Position numbers and translations under genes: made by a program
Part shown: piece by piece, positions 42,326 to 51,495 of the stretch
Numbering within the stretch: the stretch's first letter is position 1
Layout: every line of letters begins with the position of its first letter
Notes under the pieces: model-generated
What the model saw: only the letters and a program-made list of their open reading frames with translations
The model's database searches: none
Told to the model about the DNA's origin: nothing
Assembly: GCA_048571215.1 (NCBI GenBank)
Contig: CP182352.1
Span: forward strand, 1,664,001 to 1,728,000
Length of the DNA: 64,000 nucleotides
Reading direction: 5' to 3'
Origin: Halarcobacter sp.
GTDB lineage: Bacteria; Campylobacterota; Campylobacteria; Campylobacterales; Arcobacteraceae

Positions 42326-42664
42326 TATACTATCATATTTCCAATATTTTATTATACGAACCATCCCACAGGTTTCGAAGGTGAAACTACTCTCGCTTAT
42401 TATTCATCCCTTTTGAGTGCCTAAAAACTTGCTAAAACGTTCTCCCAGAACGTTTCTTTAGGCTTCAAACAGTTTAGTCACTTGTTTTCAAAAGAGATAA
42501 ATAAACACTCGGCTTCTCAAATGTGGGAAAGTGGGATAAGGACCTTTGCATTTTTTATACCATTTTATTTAAGCTGGTGTGATACTCAATAATTATTATA
42601 AAATGTGGAGATTCAACTTCTGGGGTGTTACTTTAGAAGTATCTATTTTTAATAGAAAGATGTA

Positions 42665-42703
42665 AAAGAGAAAAAGAGGAATCAAACTTTCCTTTTCTCT
42701 TTT
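42665..42703 (-). terminator. Terminator-like hairpin
   Basis: aaaagagaaaa ... ttttctctttt downstream of the haem-binding gene. Confidence 0.45.
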
Positions 42704-42736
42704 TTATAATAATTAAATAAATTGTTTCAAAACTTA

Positions 42737-43186
42737 TCAATCATTATCATGTTCTTCTTCACTACCAAATGTTTTTTCTAAGCCTAAAATAAGTTGTTGA
42801 GTTTCAGCTTGAGTAAGTTTAGCTTCAGGATGTGTTGGAAGATAATAAAAAGGTGGCATATCTCCTCCTTTTACTTCTTCTGCAGCTTCATCGCCTTTAT
42901 TTCTTTTTTGTGCACCCCACATAGAAACATTAAAATGTTCTCTACCCTCTTCAACGTCAAATGCAACCAACCAAGAGATAGGTGCAACTTTACTATACCA
43001 TGGATAAGTTGTCTTATTTGAGTGGCAATTAGCACAAGCTTTATCAAATAATACTTTTGTCTGCATTGAATCCCATTGAGGCTCCTTTACTACTGGTGGA
43101 TTTGTATAATCCTTTCCATAAGGAATAAATTGAATTAAGACAGCTACAACAGCTATACCTAAAATAATCTTACCTTTACTCATCAT
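42737..43186 (-). CDS. Haem-binding domain (cytochrome c-type) protein
   Basis: CANCH, YPWYS.VAP.SW, MPP..Y..H. Confidence 0.8.
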   Translation of the reverse strand: MMSKGKIILGIAVVAVLIQFIPYGKDYTNPPVVKEPQWDSMQTKVLFDKACANCHSNKTTYPWYSKVAPISWLVAFDVEEGREHFNVSMWGAQKRNKGDEAAEEVKGGDMPPFYYLPTHPEAKLTQAETQQLILGLEKTFGSEEEHDND

Positions 43187-43330
43187 TCTTCTCCTAAATT
43201 AATAATTTAGACCGATTTTAAACTATTATTATGAATTCAACATGAATATAAAATGAATATTCTATATTAAAAAATATAGGGACATGGTACTCAATCAACT
43301 ATTTAGTCAATTTAATAAGATAGTAGATAA

Positions 43331-43800
43331 TTAATTTAAAGTATTTTTTTTAATTCCCCACTTGAACTTATCTTTATACCACCCATATACATCTGAAATA
43401 GTCACTGAATTTGCTTTTCCCGAACTTGCATGAATAAACTTTCCATTTCCTAGGTATATTCCACTATGATTTACCTCACCTTTTAGACTTGTATCAAAGA
43501 ATACTAAATCTCCTTTTTCAAGTTCTTCAAGAGCAGTTTTTTCTCCTACTTGTGATTGAGATAAAGAGGTTCGGGGTAAGATTATTTTATTTTCTTTGTA
43601 AATATAATAAACAAAGCCAGAGCAGTCAAAACTATCTGGACTTTAGCGTATATATAAGGGTTCCCAAGTTTAGATTTTGCGAGTTTAATTATGTTTTTAG
43701 TAGATATATTATCTTTTACTATCTCTTTATTTTTATTTAAAGGGTCTGCAAATAAATATAAGGAAAAGATAGTAAAAATTGTTAGAAGATACCGTACCAT
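43331..43800 (-). pseudogene. Frameshifted NlpC/P60 peptidase
   Basis: LGNPYIYAK, frameshift near 43641, then PDSFDCSGFV..LPRTS..GDLVFF..NHSGIYLG..FIHASS. Confidence 0.8.
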
Positions 43801-44066
43801 GTTGCTCCAATAAATAAAATAAATACCTGTATCAATGCAAGTAAACTTGATAAAGTAACTCCTAACCAAATAACAATATTCTTACCGTATTTTTTGATAT
43901 GAAAGTTTCCATAGATTATACTTAATGTTAAAAATATAATAACAATCAATGCCATCAATATAAAATTGACTTGAATATTATCAATCCACTCACTTTTCCA
44001 ATTAAAGAATATCACTCCGCTTAGAAAAGCCATTGTAAAAGGTATAAATTCTGAATTTTTTTTCAT
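43782..44066 (-). CDS. Cassette gene: three-TM hypothetical protein
   Basis: ATG just after attC core GTTAAAA; stop lies within TTCTAAC. Confidence 0.6.
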   Translation of the reverse strand: MKKNSEFIPFTMAFLSGVIFFNWKSEWIDNIQVNFILMALIVIIFLTLSIIYGNFHIKKYGKNIVIWLGVTLSSLLALIQVFILFIGATWYGIF

Positions 44067-44072
44067 CTTCTC

Positions 44073-44206
44073 TTTTAACGGCAATCTTGAGGGACAAGTG
44101 AACTAACGGTATAAATATTCAAATTTTACGGTATCTAAATACAACACATAAAAATTTAATATTTCGGCAGTTTTTACTTGTTCTCCTCTCCTAGTATTTG
44201 TTAGAC
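44073..44206 (-). other. attC
   Basis: GTCTAAC-aaata-ctaggagaggagaacaagt ... acttgtccctcaag-attgcc-GTTAAAA; R'' complements GTTAGAC at 47223. Confidence 0.75.
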
Positions 44207-44231
44207 TATTGCCAACTAAATAATGCTTTAT

Positions 44232-47207
44232 TTACTCAACTACTCCAGTACCAAAAGATGTTCCATCTGTCATGATTTTAGCTTGATTTTCTCCATATCC
44301 CATACTCATGTCAAGAAGTATTTTATTATCTAACAAAATCTTATTTATATACAGTTCATCATAAGCATATTTTAAAGTTGGAAATTCTTTTAATAATGTT
44401 GTCCCTTCTGTAGTACCATCACTTATCCATAATTGAATGTAAGTCTCATAGTTGCTAGAAGACGATAAATTTGTGATTTCTGCGACTATTAAAATTTTAC
44501 CATTCAACTCAAAAATACTTTTAATACCTGCCACATTAGTATCATCAATATTAGGTATTTTTTTAACTTCTGTTATAGTTGTTGGATTTATTTTCCATAA
44601 TGCCCCATTTATAACCTTATAGCTTATATTATTAACCGTTAAACTATTACCAAAATATGAATCACTTGAGCCAACTTTCAAATCTTCTACCATAACTGTA
44701 CCAGCTTCAGTTCCATCACTTTTCCATAATTCTTTACCATGTACACCATCATCTGCATCAAAAAACACAGTACCATTAACATCAATTAAGTTTCTTGGAT
44801 AACTCCAATTTGTTCCAACTCTAATATCTTTAATTATACTTGTACCTGCTTCTGTTCCATCACTCTTCCATAATTCTCCACCGTTAGCGCTATCATTATT
44901 ATAAAAAAATAAAATTCCATCACTCATAATTAAATCTTGAGGGGAAGAACCATAATCAGTAAGAGGTATTGTGCCTACTTCAGTACCATCACTTTTCCAT
45001 AATCTAGTTTTGTTATTTCCTTCGTTACCTGCAAAATAAAAAATATTATTATCAGCAACAGTAAAGTTATATAAATACGCAAAGTTATCTTTTATTTTTA
45101 CTGTTCCATTTTCAGTACCATCACTTTTCCAAAGGGAATCTATGCCATTATTGTCTTCAATTGTAAAATATAGAGTTCCATTAACATTGGTTAAATTAGT
45201 AGGGTTTGATGAATTTGCACCAATAACTATATCTTTTACTATCACTGTACCAGATTCAGTTCCATCACTTTTCCATAACTCTTTACCATGCTCTACATCT
45301 AAAGCTGTAAAATAGTATGTATTATTAATCTTAGTTAAACTGCTAACTGATGAACTTGCTATTTTTGTATTTATGTCTTTTAGTATCTTTGTGCCATTTT
45401 CTGTTCCATCACTTATCCATAGTTCAGCTCCATGATTATTATCACTCATAGTATAAATAAATTTTTCTCCCAATATTACACCAGATTCCGAAGTCCAAGA
45501 ATTCGATTCTGAAAGTATATTCGTTTTTAAAGGAGTGAGCGTTTCACTTGTAGTATTAAAGATTGATAATGTTTGATTACCCGTATTCTTATCCATTTGA
45601 GCTATATATAAAATATTATCTATTGGTGATTTTGAGATTGATGTATAATCTGATAAATCTAATAATTTTGTTGTATTATTAACTGTGCCATCAGTTTTCC
45701 ATATACTATCATTTGGCCATACATTATTATGTAAATATACAGTTTGATTATCTTCACTAAAGAAATCAAATGTATTAGATACTTCACCTGATGTTCTTGT
45801 TATTAATTTGATAGTTCCTACTTCAGTACCATCACTAATCCAAACATTTCCTCTTTGATAAAAATATACATTTTCTCCAAAAATTGAAAAAGCACCTGGA
45901 TCATAATCACTATTATATGTATAAAGAGTATTAATCTTTATAGTACCAATGTCTGTACCATCACTTACCCATAAATTTGTTTCTGTGTTGATAGCCGTCA
46001 TAAATATCTTAGTTGCTGTTGCAGCAAGTGTATTGATATATTCTCCTAAGTCTTTTACTAAAATAGTACCACTTCCTGTACCATCACTTTCCCATAATTC
46101 TTTGCCTATAGAAAAATAAAGTTTATTATTAAAGGTTGTGATTTTAGAAAAATAACTTGGTAAATCTTTCACCAAAACAGTACCATTTTCAGTTCCGTCA
46201 CTTTTCCATAAATCACCAGAATTATTATCATCATACAACCTAAAATAAGCAACTCCATTTAGATTTGTAATAGCTTCAATAGAAACATTGGAAGAACCAG
46301 TTCTTGTAAACTCCTTAATGAATGTTGTTCCATTTTCTGTTCCATCACTTTTCCAAATACTACCATATCCGTTTGAAGTATTGCTATCATATCTATTTTG
46401 AGTAAAATAGAGTACTCCCCCTATATCAGTTAATCTTCCACAACTACCTGTTTTTAGTAATATAGTTCCATTTTCTGTTCCATCTGTCCTCCATAGTCCA
46501 CTTCCATTATTATCTGAAGCCGTAAAATAAGTGTAACTACCAACTGTTATGAAATTTGATGGAGATGATGATTGTGTTGCTGTATTTATTTTTTTAACAA
46601 CTGTTGTATCTATTCCGTTAGTACTTATTAATTCTCCATCTCTTGAGACAGTAATATTTTTTTGTGATGATAAGTCAAAAGTATTTTTCAAATGTTCTAT
46701 AGCTTTATATTTGAAAACTGGTTCTTTATTTGAAGCTTTTATTATTGCATCTAGTTTTGTTGTATTTATATCTTTTAAATTTAATGATTCAACAAACATT
46801 CCATGAATAGAACTGTCAATGTTTATTTCATTCGTAATATTTCCATCATCATCTAATGATTGTAATAATATAGCTAATTTTGCTGTGTATTCATCATCAA
46901 AGTTTGTTCTATCTACATTTGCTATATCCTGTAAGTAAATATTTTTATCATTTGTAAAGCCATCTATGCTGCCAATTATTAAATTACCTATCTTAAACGT
47001 AATAGTTGCACCACTTTCACATTCAAACTTTCCATTTGCTTGTGTAGTTCCATTGATGTCTCCACACTCATAATTTATACCAACTACGGGTGAATCAATT
47101 AAATACCCTGTTACTAATTGTGAAGATGAAGTGCTACTTCCACCACCGCAACCATTTAAAAATACTATGAAAAGTATTAAAACTATTATTGAAATTTTGT
47201 TTTTCAT
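44232..47207 (-). CDS. ELWxxDGT-repeat lipoprotein (cassette gene)
   Basis: Lipobox LNGC, many (E)LWKSDGTxxGT repeats. Confidence 0.85.
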   Translation of the reverse strand: MKNKISIIVLILFIVFLNGCGGGSSTSSSQLVTGYLIDSPVVGINYECGDINGTTQANGKFECESGATITFKIGNLIIGSIDGFTNDKNIYLQDIANVDRTNFDDEYTAKLAILLQSLDDDGNITNEINIDSSIHGMFVESLNLKDINTTKLDAIIKASNKEPVFKYKAIEHLKNTFDLSSQKNITVSRDGELISTNGIDTTVVKKINTATQSSSPSNFITVGSYTYFTASDNNGSGLWRTDGTENGTILLKTGSCGRLTDIGGVLYFTQNRYDSNTSNGYGSIWKSDGTENGTTFIKEFTRTGSSNVSIEAITNLNGVAYFRLYDDNNSGDLWKSDGTENGTVLVKDLPSYFSKITTFNNKLYFSIGKELWESDGTGSGTILVKDLGEYINTLAATATKIFMTAINTETNLWVSDGTDIGTIKINTLYTYNSDYDPGAFSIFGENVYFYQRGNVWISDGTEVGTIKLITRTSGEVSNTFDFFSEDNQTVYLHNNVWPNDSIWKTDGTVNNTTKLLDLSDYTSISKSPIDNILYIAQMDKNTGNQTLSIFNTTSETLTPLKTNILSESNSWTSESGVILGEKFIYTMSDNNHGAELWISDGTENGTKILKDINTKIASSSVSSLTKINNTYYFTALDVEHGKELWKSDGTESGTVIVKDIVIGANSSNPTNLTNVNGTLYFTIEDNNGIDSLWKSDGTENGTVKIKDNFAYLYNFTVADNNIFYFAGNEGNNKTRLWKSDGTEVGTIPLTDYGSSPQDLIMSDGILFFYNNDSANGGELWKSDGTEAGTSIIKDIRVGTNWSYPRNLIDVNGTVFFDADDGVHGKELWKSDGTEAGTVMVEDLKVGSSDSYFGNSLTVNNISYKVINGALWKINPTTITEVKKIPNIDDTNVAGIKSIFELNGKILIVAEITNLSSSSNYETYIQLWISDGTTEGTTLLKEFPTLKYAYDELYINKILLDNKILLDMSMGYGENQAKIMTDGTSFGTGVVE

Positions 47208-47222
47208 GTCTGTCCTTCGTAT

Positions 47223-47260
47223 GTCTAACTATTTGTTAGTACTACATTATATATAAATAA
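47223..47260 (-). other. attI-like simple site with adjacent TATAAT
   Basis: Minus strand tataatgtagta-CTAAC-aaata-GTTAGAC; identity with the 56186 copy stops at the core. Confidence 0.75.
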
Positions 47261-47640
47261 TATATAAAATCACCTAATAGCACTACATTTTTTATGATAA
47301 GATACTAAATTGCTATAAAGCCCTTAAATAAGCTATTTTTAATATTATTTAAATAATATATTACAATATATAATATTTTTTAAACCTAAATTGTATATTT
47401 GATATAATTTTTAATATTAGACTATTAACGTATATCTGTAATAGCTTATCAAAATGTTATGCTATTGATTAAAAATCGTAATAGTTTAACAAAATGCTAA
47501 ATATATCAGGAGTAAAAAATGGATAAGAAACTACTAGATATTATGAGTGATAAATTCTAAATATTCACTTTTTTATTGAAAAAAGTAAAACAAAAAGCAA
47601 CCCGCGGGTTTCGAAGGCAGAAGCTTCCCTCGCTTATTAT
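47225..47640 (+). repeat. Near-identical duplicate of 56188-56603 (attI, promoter region, IntI stub, repeat start)
   Basis: Constant offset of 8963 bp, few substitutions. Confidence 0.9.
47519..47560 (+). pseudogene. IntI stub MDKKLLDIMSDKF*
   Basis: AGGAG RBS, divergent from attI, fused to repeat C. Confidence 0.65.
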
Positions 47641-47893
47641 TTATCCCTTTTGAATGCCTAAAAACTTGCTCTTGTGCTTGCACTCTCTGTGAGAAAACGT
47701 GAATTAGTCACGTTTCTTTACGCTTCAAACAGTTTAGTCACTTGTTTTCAAAAGAGACAAATAAACACTCAGCTTCTCAAATGCGGGAAGGTGGGATAAT
47801 GACCTTTGCATTTTTTGATACCATTTTATTTTAGTTGGTGTGATACTCAATAATAATTATAAAAGTGGAGATTCATCCTCTAGGGTGTTATTT
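47555..47893 (+). repeat. Structured repeat copy C
   Basis: Shared conserved blocks, ends gggtgttattt. Confidence 0.9.
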
Positions 47894-47894
47894 T

Positions 47895-47922
47895 AATATT
47901 TCTCTCCAATGATTTGTTAGAC
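47895..47922 (-). other. Truncated attC (left arm only)
   Basis: GTCTAAC-aaatcattggagagaaatat then the repeat end; R'' complements GTTAGAC at 48404. Confidence 0.75.
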
Positions 47923-47940
47923 TTATTAATACTTGAAGAG

Positions 47941-48381
47941 TCAACTCCAAGATTGAATTTCTATAATATTTCCTTCTATATCTCGTAAATATGTAAATTT
48001 TAACAGTCCAACACCTTCAACTTCATTTTCAATAACTTCACCTAATGTTGTTGCTCCATTTTTTAAAGCTTTTGTTAGTATTTCATCTACATTATCCACT
48101 TCAAATGCAATATGTGTAAAACCAATTTGATTAGCCATAATTGGATTTGTATCTATAAACTTTTCATAACTAAATATTTCTAATGTTGGAGGGTTGTCAT
48201 ATCCAGGCAAGGATAAATGAACACCCATTTGTCTAGCATTTTTAATTCCTATAGCTTTATCTAACCATTCACCCTTTAAATCTCTTTCAGGTGGTTTAAT
48301 TTTGCATTCAAAAACTTTAATATAAAAATCTGCTAATGCTTTCCAATCTCTTGCTGCTATGTTTGTATGTGCAAATCTCAT
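47941..48381 (-). CDS. VOC/glyoxalase family cassette gene
   Basis: FAHTNI, GFTHIAFEVD, YLRDIEGNIIE. Confidence 0.85.
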   Translation of the reverse strand: MRFAHTNIAARDWKALADFYIKVFECKIKPPERDLKGEWLDKAIGIKNARQMGVHLSLPGYDNPPTLEIFSYEKFIDTNPIMANQIGFTHIAFEVDNVDEILTKALKNGATTLGEVIENEVEGVGLLKFTYLRDIEGNIIEIQSWS

Positions 48382-48403
48382 TTATTATTTTCCTTTTACT
48401 TTA

Positions 48404-48474
48404 GTCTAACGTTTAAGTTGAGAAATAGTTTTGCCCGCTAGGGTAAACTATTTCTCTCCAAGGTTTTATTATAA
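48404..48474 (-). other. attC (71 bp)
   Basis: TTATAAT-aaaaccttggagagaaatagttt ... aaactatttctcaacttaaac-GTTAGAC. Confidence 0.85.
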
Positions 48475-48476
48475 TC

Positions 48477-48809
48477 TTACTTTATACCCCTAATCATTTT
48501 ATCTTCATCAATTTCATCCTGAATATCTTCTGTAATTTCTCTATTATAATAATTACTAATTGTATTAGCTTGATCAACAATCATGTCAATTTTTTCTTCA
48601 TATTTTTCTGTATTTAAATCTTCGATTTTAAAATTTAAAAAATCAGAACATAAATCACTTTCTAGACCCAAGTGATCATCGTGAAATGCATATACATGTT
48701 CAGAGTTACCTCTTTTTACAATTTCTTGAACAGTATTGTATTCTTTTGGAGAATCCTCATCTTGATTTAAATCATTTATTACATCATGGATATTTTTTAA
48801 CTTCTTCAT
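48477..48809 (-). CDS. Cassette gene: acidic hypothetical protein
   Basis: ATG at 48809 after AAGGA; bounded by attCs. Confidence 0.65.
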   Translation of the reverse strand: MKKLKNIHDVINDLNQDEDSPKEYNTVQEIVKRGNSEHVYAFHDDHLGLESDLCSDFLNFKIEDLNTEKYEEKIDMIVDQANTISNYYNREITEDIQDEIDEDKMIRGIK

Positions 48810-48874
48810 ATATTGAATCCTTTTGTTGTTTATTTTATATATTTTAGCTAATTTTACTTGGTATTTAAATTTAA

Positions 48875-49009
48875 TTATAACGTTGGACTTGAAAAACAAG
48901 GAGGATGATAGCACTTGATTATTTCAGTTCTCATTTTAGCTATTTTGTTCTAAAAAGTTTATACTAACCGCAGTATACCCTTGTTTTTCTTTCCAATGTT
49001 TTGTTATAT
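48875..49009 (-). other. attC (135 bp)
   Basis: ATATAAC-aaaacattggaaagaaaaacaagg ... ccttgtttttcaagtccaac-GTTATAA. Confidence 0.85.
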
Positions 49010-49012
49010 ATT

Positions 49013-50410
49013 TTAAAAACCAAGATTGAAATCATCAATTAAATCAATGATTACATCAGATGGATCATCATTTTTATATTTTCTCAAAAGCATTTCTCTT
49101 AAATGCTCGTTGTTTAAAAAAATAATTAATTTGTTTTTTTCTATAAAAATATCTTTTCTTTTCTCAATGCCACTTTGATTTGGAAGTTTTTTACTACATA
49201 TGATTCCAAATCTACCAATTGTTTGCTTTAAATAATCATCAATTTGAAGCAATACAGATTTGTCAATTTCACTTCCATTTTTAGAATAGTTTTTAAACTC
49301 AAACACTATATATTTTGCATCATAGTCATCCCTAATAAATTTCCAATTTTCATTACTATTTCGATTGGGATATATAGCATCTCTTATATCAATACCAGAT
49401 TCCCTCCGTGATTGTATTTTAGGTTTGCCAAGTGGTGGTACAAATAAGTAATTTAAAATATCTACACAAATATCTTCATATATTTTCCAACCTTCTTTTC
49501 CTTCTGGACATTCATCTAATCTTTTGATTAATTTTTGTATATTTTCTAACTCTTTATCAATTAATTTAATTTTTTGTTTTTTTGTAAAAGTTTTTTTATT
49601 GAAATATTCTTTTATTAAATGAGGGTGTGAAAAAAGTTTTTGAATTAGTTTATGTCTATCCCATATAATAATATTGGAGGTATTTTGCACTAAAAAATCA
49701 TGAGAACTTTTAGTAATTTCAGAATTTGTAATAAGTAAAATATTATTAGCTTTTTCGATAGTTGAAATTCCAATTAATTTCCTTAATACTTCAATTGATA
49801 TTTTCTGATTTTTATAAAACCTAGCTTCAACTATTGTTTTTTCCTCAATACCTAGTATATTTTTTGTCTTGGTTATAAAATCATACCCACCATCTTTTGT
49901 GGGTGGAGTTCTTTTTACTTCAAAATTTTCTGATAAAAGAAGATCATACACTAAATTTTCAAACTTTCTCCCATCAAAACTTGACCAATCTTGTAATTCA
50001 TAATCTACATTACCAGTTTGTAGTAATGCCTTTTTTAGAATATCTAAACCAATTTCTTTATTTTTTGAAAAATCAGCATATAAGTAATTAGATAAATCAT
50101 ATGGGATTGTTGAATTGTCAATTTTAATTGGTAGAATTTTAATGCCTCTATTACTGGCATTTTGTAATAAAGCAGAATTTAGTTCGTATTGCATCCATTT
50201 TGAAGTTAAAGAAGAATTACTTAACACAAAAATAAACGCATTGCTAGATTCAATACCAGATACAATTTTATCTTGAATACTATCACCGAGTTGAATCTCT
50301 TTTTGATCATACCAAATATCATAATTAGTATCTTGTAAATTTGCATTAAGCCATTCAACAAATTCTTTATCTTCATGTGAATAACTAATAAAAACTTGTT
50401 TCTTCATCAC
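49013..50410 (-). CDS. TIR domain + Mrr-like + second restriction-endonuclease-like domain (probable defence cassette)
   Basis: VFISYSHED, SKWMQYEL; FENLV..DGGYDF..VEARFY; RDAIY..FEFKNY. Confidence 0.75.
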   Translation of the reverse strand: MMKKQVFISYSHEDKEFVEWLNANLQDTNYDIWYDQKEIQLGDSIQDKIVSGIESSNAFIFVLSNSSLTSKWMQYELNSALLQNASNRGIKILPIKIDNSTIPYDLSNYLYADFSKNKEIGLDILKKALLQTGNVDYELQDWSSFDGRKFENLVYDLLLSENFEVKRTPPTKDGGYDFITKTKNILGIEEKTIVEARFYKNQKISIEVLRKLIGISTIEKANNILLITNSEITKSSHDFLVQNTSNIIIWDRHKLIQKLFSHPHLIKEYFNKKTFTKKQKIKLIDKELENIQKLIKRLDECPEGKEGWKIYEDICVDILNYLFVPPLGKPKIQSRRESGIDIRDAIYPNRNSNENWKFIRDDYDAKYIVFEFKNYSKNGSEIDKSVLLQIDDYLKQTIGRFGIICSKKLPNQSGIEKRKDIFIEKNKLIIFLNNEHLREMLLRKYKNDDPSDVIIDLIDDFNLGF

Positions 50411-50423
50411 TTTCCTTATCTAT

Positions 50424-50460
50424 ATATAACTATTTATTGAATATACATTATATAAATAAA
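50424..50460 (-). other. attI-like site (core GTTATAT)
   Basis: Core complements ATATAAC at the end of the same cassette (49003-49009). Confidence 0.7.
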
Positions 50461-50705
50461 GTACTTAAATCCACTACTTTATTATATATTTAGTAGAAAA
50501 GCTTATTTCATGCATCTTTATAGAGGAATATTACAAAATACAATATTTTTTCTATATATTTTTATTATAAGTTATAATTTTTATATATATTTAATGTCGA
50601 TATTTGGAACTTTTATATATATAATGTATGTTAAAAGTGAAAATTTAACTTTAAATAACATTTTGATTATTTAACAAAATGATAAATATATTATGTGTAT
50701 TTGGA

Positions 50706-51069
50706 TAATACTATTATCAAAATATTTGAGTGTAAACTAACTTTTGCTGTACGTCTTAACTTATTCCGACTTTCTTTTATAAAAAAGAAAGTAGCAAAGA
50801 AATTATCCCGCAGGTTTCGAAAGTGAAACTTCCCTCGCTTATTATTTCACTTTTCTGTTTTTCAAAACTCGCTAAAACGTAAGTTAGTTACGTTTCTTTA
50901 CGCTCTAACAGTTGAAAAACTTTTCCGAAAAGCAAAATAAACACTCGGCTTCTCAAATGCGGGAAAGTGGGATAAGGACCTTTGCATTTTTTTATACCAT
51001 TTTATTTTAATTGGTGTGATACTCAACAATTATTATAAAAGTGGAGATTCATTCTCTGGGGTGTTATTT
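50706..51069 (+). repeat. Structured repeat copy D
   Basis: Conserved blocks; uninterrupted IS110 target site near 50790-50815. Confidence 0.9.
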
Positions 51070-51276
51070 TAAAGCAACTATAAACAAATGTATAGATGGA
51101 ACATGAAACTATTATCGATGATTATACTACTAAAATGAATACAAAAAAAGCAAGAGATATAGTTAGAAAAAGAGCTTCAATTGTAGAGCATCCATTTTGC
51201 AAGTGTGAATTCCATTTCACTTCATGGTACAATAAAAAGAACTTTAGGTTGGGATCATTTTTTAGTAAGAGGAAAA
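51070..51276 (+). pseudogene. IS1182-like transposase C-terminal fragment with a 28-bp insert
   Basis: RKRASIVEHPF [51198-51225] GTIKRTLGWDHFLVRGK. Confidence 0.7.
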
Positions 51277-51481
51277 CAAAAGGCAAGCATACAACAGCTG
51301 TTCAAATTGCACTTATGCGAAAAATGATAATTATTGCACATTCTTTATATAAAAATGACATACAATATGACAAAGATTTTTATAAAAAAAGTTGTGGATT
51401 TCAAGAGTAGAAAACTACTCTTGATTTAAGAAATTGATTTAATTAAAATTTATAAATTTCAAGTTTTTTTAAGGTGGCGAC
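51277..51481 (+). mobile_element. IS110 3' remnant with element end
   Basis: GKHTTAVQIALMRKMIIIAHSLYKN matches the C-terminus of 41108..42091; ends tttttaaggtggcgac. Confidence 0.8.
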
Positions 51482-51495
51482 TGTTCCCTTATTTT

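Larger units (their letters stand above)
41060..42360 (-). mobile_element. IS110-family element, no long terminal IRs, shared GAA at both junctions
   Basis: gaa at 41057-41059 and 42358-42360; about 270-bp non-coding end upstream of the recombinase. Confidence 0.85.
40874..42633 (+). repeat. Structured repeat copy B (40874-41059 plus 42361-42633), interrupted by IS110
   Basis: Joining the flanks restores gtagcaaagaa-ccatcccacaggtttcgaag, as in the uninterrupted copy D. Confidence 0.85.

Noticed and set aside
44400..46500. Recurring ccatcacttttcca motif as a DNA repeat array
   Set aside because: It is the coding sequence of the WKSDG protein repeats.
47555..47922. Repeat as a group IIC-attC intron or IS1111-attC remnant
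   Set aside because: No reverse transcriptase or recognisable domain V seen, the second half of the attC is missing, and most copies do not abut an attC.
48810..48914. N-terminal extensions of ORFs 48477..48914, 55002..55784 and 43782..44084
   Set aside because: They run through attC sites; downstream ATGs with RBS fit cassette structure better.
51096..51410. 104-aa ORF as a real gene
   Set aside because: Chimera of an IS1182 fragment, a 28-bp insert and an IS110 fragment.
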